Part shown: positions 51,019 through 61,153 of the stretch, piece by piece
Numbering within the stretch: position 1 is the stretch's first letter
Layout of the letters: every line of letters starts with the position of its first letter
DNA from: Gnetum montanum
Taxonomy: Eukaryota > Plantae > Gnetophyta
Assembly (NCBI GenBank): GCA_015680685.1
Contig: MNCI01003059.1
Span: forward strand, 399,699-463,698
DNA length: 64,000 bases
Reading direction: 5' to 3'
Notes under the pieces: model-generated
Seen by the model: the letters and a program-made list of their open reading frames with translations, nothing else
What the model was told of the DNA's origin: nothing
Databases searched by the model: none
Program-made: the position numbers and the translations under genes

Positions 51019-53048
51019 CTGCAAACAAGATAATCACTAATTAGATTGTGCACAAGTTGCTCAAAAATGGGTCTCGTACACTTTCTCAGTTTGACTAAGT
51101 TATGTTGTTGGCATAGGCATTCCATTAAGTTGCTTGGAGTGTTGATTTATGGACTAGAGCAAAAAAATAACAAAGGTTAATTCTAAATTTTTTAAAACGG
51201 TTGTTTTTGTTTCTTCCCTTAGGGTTGCGAAGTTTAAATTAATTAATTAATTAGACTTCACACCCCCACGATTTGAGAGCATACCTCCAGGTGCTCAAGA
51301 GGGTAAGGATCAGTAGATGTGGATGCGTGGTAGGATGGGCAGGTGCTTGGGAAGAGTTGGGCAGAAAAAATGGCAAAATCTCCCCCTAAGTTGTGTCTCA
51401 AATGATGAAAATTTCAAAGCGCAGCGGGTGTATATATAGGGATTAGGCGCTGCATTGACGGGGTTGCGTATACACAGGGGGCTGCGTATATGGAGCCCTG
51501 TATATGCAGGGGTGTTCACCCGTTGACCAGCATTGACCAACCTAGAAAAAACCTGAAATGATGAGTTTGAAACACCAAATTGGGGCGGTTGAAGCACGTG
51601 AGAGGCCCGGTCATGGCTAAGGACAGGAGGAAGGTAATCGGGGCTCGAAAGAGAGTCAAAAATAGGAGAATGGGACTGAAAAGAACTCCACAGGGGAGAA
51701 ATCGAGCAATGGGGTCTTAAAAATGATCAACCACGAAATCCAAAGGAGGGGAGACTTAACAAGAGGAACCAAGAATATGTAGGTGGGTCCTTCCGATAGC
51801 AGGAAATAGCCTTAGTAGCCCCTGCATATCCTCAACACTGGGGTCTGTGGGCCCCGAGGCCAAGAATTGGTGTTTTCCAGTTAAGACTCCTATCCAAGAG
51901 ATCCCGCCAAGGCATGAGAAATCCAAGGAGACCACAATGAACTTGCAAAACATAAAACAGGTAGTGAGGTGAGTTACGGAGAGATATGGGTGTAGAGAGA
52001 GACAAGGGGATGGAAATTCTGATCATTGGTCACATAAAACCCCATGTGCAATTATGGTTAAGTGACTCGGTAGAACCTTTCCTGAGTTTAGACCCAAAAC
52101 CATTCGCATTCAGTGACATTGCAGCAACAGATGAAGCCCCGGCCATCCCCCAAGGAAGCAGGAATGCACCCACAGAGAACCACCACTCCAACAAATGTGA
52201 GAGGAAGGAAGTGAAATGGGACAAAGTTAGAGGGGATGAAGGAAGTCCCATAACTAGTGCTTGCAGCTCGTGAGAGGTAGTCTAAGGGGTGTGCTTTGAA
52301 TTCCCGCATAGTGATGTGATTTTTTTTTTTTTGGGGGAACCACACCATGCAAAGACCCATGCATGTTCGCATGCATTCGACCAAGGGGTGTGCTTTGAAT
52401 CCTCATGTTTATTTGTTTTTTTTATATTTTTGAATTTTTTCGGTGAGGACCACACCATGCAAGGTCAAACTGCCCAGAAGCTTCCGTGGAGAGAGAAATG
52501 TGGAGTGGTAGGAAATTCGTAAGGGCACACCAGCAACCTAGGGGATAAGAGAGAGTGACGAATGTTGCATTCTCCTTGAAGTCACACCCGATTCAAACCA
52601 TTGGGTCATCCCCAAGTCTGGGAACTACACAAGTCACACATTAATTAAAATATTTTTAAGTGAAGGGGTTGCATACTTCCAACAGAAGGAAAACCATGGA
52701 GTGGTTGAATGGGTGGATGACATGGACTCACTACCGATTTTATGAGCTGAAATTAGGCATAAAGGCCAAGGAAGACCATGTGATGGCAGGAGCCAGAAAA
52801 ACTGGATGGACTATTACATTATCCATCGTAACGAAAACCACCCACGCCAGATGCCTAATAACAATAAGACGATAGGTTAGTGATCATGCAAAAAATAAAA
52901 CACACACAAAGAAACAGAAAATAATTAAAGAAAGAAAAAAAACTGGATAAGAATTGGCAAACGTATGAACGATGTTGAAAAACAAAAAGTGTAAAAAAAA
53001 AGTGTAAAACAAAAAATTACAAAATGGTGAGGGGTGTAGTGAAATGGA

Positions 53049-56000
53049 TTAGCAGGGATGACGGTCTCCCCCACGACTAGGTGGAAAGGAGGAGACACAA
53101 AAAATGGAGCGAGGCTGCCGTGGTGATGATGAGGCAGTTGCACTGGTTGAGTGGAGTTCATGGAAAGGTTTCAGTTGTTGGCAGTTGACTAATTACGTTT
53201 TGATATGGTCCTTAGGTTTGTGGATAAGCAAGGCCCCAGATGGAAAGGTTTCAGAGACAATGTAAAGTCCCTCCCATAGTGTTTGAAACTTGGTCGGTTG
53301 AGATACGTGTGAGGGGTTCCAATACAACACCTTGTCTCCACATCTAAATGTGACCTTCCGAATCCTACGATCATGTCGTTTCTTGTTATAGGCCTTGTGG
53401 ATTTCATTTGAAGGCAGGGCCACTAATCAGTTCTCATCTAGCACACTTAAATTGATAAGTCATTCGTGTTGTGCTAGTGGGAGGTCAAGGCCTAAGTCAC
53501 TNNNNNNNNNNNNNNNNNNNNNNNNNNNNNNNNNNNNNNNNNNNNNNNNNNNNNNNNNNNNNNNNNNNNNNNNNNNNNNNNNNNNNNNNNNNNNNNNNNN
53601 NNNNNNNNNNNNNNNNNNNNNNNNNNNNNNNNNNNNNNNNNNNNNNNNNNNNNNNNNNNNNNNNNNNNNNNNNNNNNNNNNNNNNNNNNNNNNNNNNNNN
53701 NNNNNNNNNNNNNNNNNNNNNNNNNNNNNNNNNNNNNNNNNNNNNNNNNNNNNNNNNNNNNNNNNNNNNNNNNNNNNNNNNNNNNNNNNNNNNNNNNNNN
53801 NNNNNNNNNNNNNNNNNNNNNNNNNNNNNNTCATCCCACCATCCCTTTGGCATCGTTCGCAGGAGCGAGCGAACCATTGTGCATCCCTGAAGATGGTGGG
53901 CTAGTAATACCCTGTAAGCAGGATCTTAATGGCAGTGAGGCATCTAGCATAGTGGCCCCCACAAGGGCCCTCATGAGCATCCTAGAGGATGCGCAGTGTA
54001 TCATCATTAGGGACACACCATCAAACCAAGCCATTTGCGCACACCTTGTAAAGGTGGCCATTGATCTCCATGAAACGCATGGCCTTATGGAGAAACTATT
54101 AATTCTGTCGATGGTTCCACTGCTTTGGCAACTCTTGAGTGGTGAGGTAGGTGAGGATGTGGTGGAACTAAGGGGATTCCCTGGGCACTTGCAGATCAAC
54201 TACGCCTGTGAAGAGGAGTTCATCTGGAAATTGGTTAGATAAGGGCTCCTCCTCTTCTGTGTCATCCCATCGCAACCGAGACAAGTGGTCAGCAACCACA
54301 TTCTCGATCCCCTTCCAGTCTACCATGGTGAGATCAAACTCTTGAAGAATAACCAGCCACCGGATGATGCAAGGGCTCATTGTTGGTTTGTTCATCAGGA
54401 ACTGGATAACACTGTGATCAATATGCACAAACACCTCGTATTTGAGCACATAGTGCCAAAATTTGTCCAAGGTGCACACCATCGACATCAACTCATTTTT
54501 GGTGGTGTTGTAGTTGAGTTGAGCACCCACAATGCTATGACTTGCATAGTGGATATAGTATGGACGTTTCTGATCATCACACTGTGTAAGCACAGCTCCC
54601 AATGCATAATTAGATGCATCTGTCATGATGTGGAAGGGCCTGGACTAATCAAGTGCCCGTAGAATCGGAGTTTCTACGAGTTTCTTTTTAAGCAATTGGA
54701 ATGCAGATTCGCATTCCTTGGTCCAGATGAACAGAGCATCCTTCTTTATAAGTTCTACCAACGGCTTGGTGATCTTTGAGAAGTTTTCAATGAATTGTCG
54801 GTAGTAACCAGTGTGGCCAAGGAATGACCAAACATCTTTTACAGTGCTTGGTTGGTGGGTGATTCCTTAGATGACCTTGATCTTTTCAGGATCCACACTA
54901 ATCCCTGTCTGTGAGATGTGATGCCCCAACACAATGCCTTCTTGGACCATCAAATGGCTCTTCTACCAATTGAGCCATACATTAGTGTCTAGACACTGTT
55001 TCAAAACCTGCTCAAGATGGTCCAAGGCTTACTTGAACGTGGCCCCATAGGTAGAGAAGTCATCCATGAAGACTTCTACCCCATTGTCGATCTGTTGCTA
55101 GAAGATGCTGAGGATGAGACATTGGAATGTGGCAGGTGCATTACATAGGCCAAAGGGCATCTTCTTGTATGCAAAAGTCCCCTAGGGACTCGTGAAAGTT
55201 GTTTTGGCCTAGTCCTCTGGTGCGATTTGGATCTGGTTATAGCCACTATAACCATCCAAAAAATTGTAGTAGCGGTGCCCTGTGATGGTGTCCAACACCT
55301 GGTCCACAAATGATCCTTGAAGGCAGCCATGTTAAGCAACCGGAAATCAATACAGACCCTCCATTTTCCACCTTTCTTTGGCATAATAACAAGTGGACTG
55401 ACCCATTCGCTATCGACAATAGAATAGATGAACCCTGCTTTTAGTAATTATTCGATTTCATCTTTTACGACCTACTTCAGTTTGGGATTCAATCATCTTT
55501 GTGGTTGTCATCATGGCTTCATGGAAGGGTCAATATAGATCCGATGCTGGTAGACCCTAGGATCAACTCTAGTTAATGCAGGATATAATCATGCAAATGC
55601 AGCAACCCATTTCTTTACCACCTTCAGCAATCTCTTCTTCTGTTTAGGAGCAAGGGTGGCATTGATAATTACTGGCTTTCCATTTTTCAAAAATGCATAT
55701 TCCAAGTGAGCCGGTAAAGACTTTAGCTCCAAGGGCTCTTTTTTGAAGCTCTCAGGGATTTGCAGCTTTCCCTAGTCACCATGGTCATCAACAGTGGAGA
55801 CCTGTTGATGAACCTCTTCCATTTCGTCCATGATTTCAACGTAGGCTTGTACAAGCCCCTCAGAAGGTTCCATGCACAATGCACTGCTAGTAGGATTAGC
55901 CATTAACCACTAGGTGCCCTCTTGGTTAGTGGTTGCTGCATACAGGCACTATTGAACAAGTGATTCCTCGGTACACCGACTGCATACTTGAATGAATATC

Positions 56001-58900
56001 CGCTTAGTGAACCATAACTGCTACACACAGTTGCACCTTGAGTCATTGTACGCAATGCATGGAATGCACTTCTTCTCGATCTTCTTGAAAGGATTTTCCT
56101 TTGAAATTTTCAGGGACAGATCTTGGAGTCCTAGTCGTGCATCCACCATGCTTAGCTAGGCTCTTCCCATGATGATTGGAAAGTTCCCCTTGCAGTTCTC
56201 CACATGGATGACCAAGAAATCAGTAGGATAGGACCACCCACAAATGGTGGTCTCTATGTCCTCCACCAATCCCAAGGAAATGGTGATGGATTGGTTTGCT
56301 AACTTGAGCTGAATTTTGCTCTTCTTTAGCGGGGGCAAGTTCCAATTCTTGTACATATCATGAGAGATCAAATTGACCCCTAACCTTGAGTCCAAAAGAG
56401 CTTTGCATGGCTCGTTCCCTACCACCTGAAGATAGATGAGGGGGCTTCATGGATCAGTCAATTTTTGGGGAAGGTGACCTACCTTGATCCAGTCGGTCAT
56501 GACATGTGTGAGCATGACCGTCTGGACGTTGGAGGGTGTTTGGCTTGAAAGCTACTCGGGCGATGTAATGGTGGAGGCGCTTTGAGGTTCGGAGGCACTG
56601 GCCATAGGTGTATGTGAGGGTATGTTTAGATTATTGGGCCAGAAAAAAGGACGTTTTCATGGCTTGGGTTCCGGTCGACTCAGCTGAGGAGCCAGTTGTA
56701 AGTTAACAGCCCTCGTAGCGTTTTGTTGCTACGGCTGTGGCAGTATTTCTCCTTGCATCGGTGGAGCAGGTGGCAACTAAGTGGGATGTTGTGGAGGAGT
56801 GGCAAGAGAAGGTGATGAAGGATAGAAGAGATGTGGGCTCTCTCCCCTAGGTGATGGAGATTGAGGTTGAAAATACTTTGAGGGGTGGTAATGACTTTGA
56901 AAGGTCGCATGACTGGAAGAGTCTTGTGGGGAGACCGGTTGCTGAACGTAGTACCCATAGGGATCTGGCTGTTTGTAAGGGTACTGCTGCCTTGGAGGTG
57001 GCATCCCCCATGCTTGTGGATGCTGCCATTACTGGAAGTATTTGTATGGCTGTGGTGACGCTCCACTTGGATAGTATCCCTGCTATTGCTAGTGGAACCA
57101 CCTGGAATTGCCTTGTGGGTAAGGCAACCTTCGGGGTGTTTGCCTCTGTGCCAAGCGAGGGTTTAATGCATACACCCTAGGCTCTTGAAGATGTGACACC
57201 ACGGGGCAACATCCCTTAGGATGTTCATATTGGCATATGCCACATTCATCATCCTCCTCGGTGTCAGAGTCTGCAACCTGCTCTGCTACAGCAACTTTGC
57301 CCTTACCCTTATGTTGGGCATGTTCAGCTTCCTTCTTCTTGTGCTGATCATGGTCATTACCTTGTTCTCTGGACTTTTCTGCAATTTGTAGCACACTTTG
57401 GAACTTTTCGTATAAAGAGTCCCACATCTTATCCGCCTTTACCAATATTTCAGATGTAAACTTTTGTAACGGAAAGGTCTTTTGATTCACCGCTGTCTCC
57501 AGTGGTGATTCCTCCTCCTCATCACAAAATCAGACTTTCCTTTTTCTGAGGGAAGGATCCTGGTTGAATTCTTCTGCACTCTCCTTTTTTCTAAGTTCCC
57601 CTTCCTCTTTGGCCACCTGTTCAATGAGGTGCTGCAGTTGATGGGCCCGTAGTTTCGACAGTCATCCCTGGGCGGACACACCAAGGATCTTTCATGTTTC
57701 AAGGCGGAGCCCATCAATGATGTGGTGAAGCTGTGTCCACTAAGAGTAACCATGACTAGGGCACCAATGCAACAATGAGTAGTACCTGCTCATGGTGACA
57801 TCCAAGGGTTCATGATTCCCTTACTTCCAACCTTGGATCTACCGTCTCAAATTTGCCACTCTAGAGTACGTTTGATACTTGTCATTGAAAATTTTAAGCA
57901 TCGTACTCCATCTTCTAATTGATTTTGGTTCTAAAGATCCGTATTAGCTTTCAGCTTCTTTGATGAGTGTGCGAGGAAACAGCTTTAGCTTCTGCCAATC
58001 ATTGTCAATGTTCTGCAGGGTGTAGGCATCATGGAACGCCTNCCTCGCACACTCATCAAAGAAGCTGAAAGCTAATACGGATCTTTAGAACCAAAATCAA
58101 TTAGAAGATGGAGTACGATGCTTAAAATTTTCANAGTGGCCCCTCCTTTCATAATGGTGAGGCTTGCGTGATTGGTCGCGCATTTCCTCACATTGTCCCT
58201 TCTAAACCTTTTTACCACCATCCTTTCACTCCTTTTTACCCCGATTACAATTAGAGCCTGAGCTAGATGAAGGTATAGGAGAGCAAGAGGATGGAGAAGA
58301 AGGAGAGGTGTCGCCATCACTCCAATGTTGATCTGCCCCTCTACCCTGATGATGGATTCGATCATCCTGCCAAGCGTTACTATGTGACCCTCCATCCCCT
58401 TGAGGATCTTGGTTACTTAGAGGCTTCTTTTGAATGATGGACTGGAGGATCTGCTGCCCCAGGGGAAGTTTGGTCGAATGGGTATCATGAAAGATGGGAT
58501 CCCCATCATCCTGTAGCCCTTGTGAGAATAAGGGGTTATTAAATTATTTTCCCTTCAAGTGTTCATATCTTTTTGCCTACTGCAGGTCTTGTGCTCGTTG
58601 AGCCTCAGTGGGATGATAGTCTCGGTAGTCATGGTCCTCCATGACATACTCCGCTTCATGGTCCTAGATGCCTAATCTACCAAGATCATGATATAGCATT
58701 GCAGGAGCTGATCATTTAGGTGGTAGCATGATGTTGCCCTCCATGTCCTACCATCGCAAATACTGATCCTGATGTAGGATGAATGTGAAATCAGGGACAT
58801 ATTCATCAGGATGCTTGCATACCACCCAACATTCTTGTGGCACCATTGGGTTGGATACCTCTCTCCTGTGAGAAGACATATTGGATGATAGATGGTCCAT
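53049..58900 (-). pseudogene. gag-pol of element C (gag, PR, RT, RH, INT; many stops; N-gap in integrase)
   Basis: Gag: KLKLFPRTL..SIRRWSTM. PR: ALLDSRLGVNLI..FPIIMGR. RT: PKKGGKWRVCIDFR, MPFGL, FMDD. RH: TDASNYALGAVL..NVVADHLSR. INT: H..C..CQRMG before the gap, WEGLY after it. Start position approximate. Confidence 0.9.
53502..53830. other. Assembly gap (329 N)
   Basis: Run of N. Confidence 1.
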
Positions 58901-59045
58901 GTAATCAGTGTACCTTACTATTTACTTTAATCCACCTAGCATGCGTAAATGTTTCTATCTTGGGTCTGTTTCAATGACTTGAATGATAATTTCACTAAGG
59001 TTAGATGATGCATGTAAGACTAATAGTCCTCAGCAACGGCACTAA

Positions 59046-59933
59046 TGATGAGTAGCTAGGTACCCCTACGCCCAACCATACGAATCATGGGTGTTCACAC
59101 GCAACTCGGTCAAATTTCGTAGACTATAAGCACTTAACATACACCAGATTCTAACCACCGAAACCTTGGGTTAGAATGGTCATTGTCTTCCTAATCTCGC
59201 TTGTGATGTTCTGTTTATGATGGTTAAGTGAGATTAAGGCTAATTATTTTTATAGCTTTTTACTTATCTTTTGGAAGCTAATTAAGGTATGAAAAGTAAG
59301 GAATAAACTATTATCTAATCTATAATTATCCTAGCTTGTATTCTAACTATTCCTAGCATAAGTATTCGATCCCATCTTCCAAGCACATTCTGAGCATCTC
59401 CTAACACTTCTGGGTTACTAGACGTTAAGTGTGAATGGGTTTACCAAGTGTTTGATTTACATTCGAGATGGTCGTACTTATGGCCTTTATGAACTACGAA
59501 TGAGCGATAGTGATTAAGATAACAATAACGGAAACTTAAGTAATTATCAAAGCATAAACATATTAAACTATTGAATGCATAAAATGGCTAAGTCGAAATG
59601 CTACAAGGAATGCTTGAGGAGTTTGTCTTTATTGCCGTCACGCCAATGGGCTCAGATACATCAACGCTCGAATAAAGAGCTGATCACTTTTCTTACACCT
59701 ACTGCAAGCACTTGGAAAATATTCTATCTCTCGTGTGAACAAACTGCAAGAGCTTCACTACAACTGACTAAAAGATGCCTAAATGAGGTGGAACACCCTC
59801 TTATTTATAGGCCGAAATAGGCTCTGTGTAAATGGGGCCACGTCGATGCATGGAAGGCTACGTCGACGGGGCCACATCAATGGTGCCGTGTATACGCGGC
59901 CTAGTCAATGCATCAACTAATGACACTTCATCA
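59046..59933 (-). repeat. 5' LTR of element C
   Basis: Colinear with 47024-47925; PBS adjacent. Confidence 0.95.
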
Positions 59934-60001
59934 GTCCTACAAACACAACTTTTAGAAAACAAGAAAACCACACAAGATGAAAGAATGCCAAAAAATTGAA
60001 A

Positions 60002-60265
60002 GGGGCAAAGATGTTGCAAGTGCTCCAAAGGCTACACCTATTGCAAGTGTTCAAAAGCTAGTAAAATTATGGGGGGCAAAGATGTTGCAAGTGCTCCAAA
60101 GGCTACACCTATTGTAAGTGTTCAAAAGCTAGTAAAATTGTGGAGGAAAAAGATGCTATAAGTGCTCTAAAGGCTGCACCTATTTCAAGTGTTTAAAACC
60201 TAGTAAAATTGTGGGGGGTGAAGATGCTACAAGTGATCCAAAGGCTACCCCTATTTCAAGTGCTT
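60002..60265. repeat. ~71-bp tandem repeat (3-4 copies) in the element B 3' region
   Basis: ggggcaaagatgttgcaagtgctccaaaggctacacctattgcaagtgttcaaaagctagtaaaatt repeated. Confidence 0.9.
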
Positions 60266-60396
60266 CATTATGGGACTACAACATGGTTGCTTGTGTGGTG
60301 TAGAATGTGGGACAAGGGTTATGCTTACTTACTTGCAGGAGGATGGAAGGAATTATTAGTGACTAACCACGAACCCAATTTAAGGTTTTGGTAGAC

Positions 60397-61090
60397 CATG
60401 TTATGCTAGTTTATAGTCCTAGCAGACTATTGTGTGCTAGTTTAATGTCATAGCGGATGTGCTATGCGACTTTAGAGTCATGGTGGACTGCTAGTTTATA
60501 GTCATAGCAAACGTGTTATGCTAGTTTAATGTTGTAACCCAAGGATGAGTTGTGCTAGTTTAGAATCATAGCAAATGAATCCTATGTTAGTTTATCGTCA
60601 TAGAGGATGAATGCTAGGCTAGTTTAGCGTCGTAGTGGACGAATGTTGCACTAGTTTAGCATCATAGTGGATGAATACTATATGTGTTAGTTTAACATCA
60701 TAGTGGATGAGTACTTTGCCAGTTTACCATTGTAGTAGATGGGCTATGCTAGTTTAGTGTTGTAATGGATGAGTTGTGCTAGTTTAGCATCATAATGGAT
60801 GAATGCTATGCTAGTTTAGTGTTGTAGCAGATGAATGCTGTGCCAATTTAATAGTAGATGAATTATGTGTGTGCGTGCTAGTTTAACATCATAGCAGATG
60901 AGCTATGCTAGTTTAACGTCATAATGGATAATTTGTGCCAATTTAGCATTGTAGTGGATGAGTTGTGCTAGTTTGATGTCCTAGCAGAAAATCTATGTTA
61001 ATTTATCGTTGTAGCAAACGAGTGCTGTGCTAGTTTAGCATCATAGCAGACGAATGCTATGCCAGTTTAGCGTTGTAGCAGACGAATGCT
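60397..61090 (-). repeat. ~29-31-bp tandem array (about 20 degenerate copies) in the element B 3' region
   Basis: Plus-strand unit tgctagtttagcatcatagtggatgaatgcta; its reverse complement contains CCACTATGATGCTAAACTAG, matching the element A motif. Confidence 0.9.
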
Positions 61091-61153
61091 TACCTTGCTT
61101 CATTGATGTGTTGTGCTACATGTTAGATGTAATACAGCTTCAAGTACAAATGG

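Larger units (their letters stand above)
47024..59933 (-). mobile_element. Element C: full-length Athila-like Ty3/gypsy retrotransposon with a 3' accessory ORF
   Basis: LTRs 47024-47925 and 59046-59933 (TGATGAG...CATCA). TSD ATCCT/GTCCT. tRNA-Asp-type PBS TTAGTGCCGTTGCTGAGGAC (59026-59045, minus). PPT AGTCGTGGGGGTA. RT motif VFMDDF. Confidence 0.93.
44555..61153 (-). mobile_element. Element B: 3' portion of a Tat-like element related to A, interrupted by element C and by element D
   Basis: The reverse complement of 46076-46130 matches the element A PPT/3' LTR junction (caacaaagaggagtcaaTGAAACACCACC). Internal pieces at 46087-47023 and 59934-61153; the latter carries the same ATGA..TAAACT motif array as A. 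Confidence 0.75.

Noticed and set aside
53395-53904. ORFs spanning the N run
   Set aside because: Artefacts of translating the assembly gap.
57886-58134. Long inverted repeat in element C gag, including ORF 58072-58395
   Set aside because: The inverted copy (58043-58133) is bounded by single Ns on both sides; a mis-oriented scaffolding fragment, not a hairpin.
60397-61090. CRISPR-like appearance of the ~30-bp array (also 18520-18995)
   Set aside because: Linkers are short and related to each other, there are no unique spacers or cas genes, and the context is a plant retrotransposon UTR.
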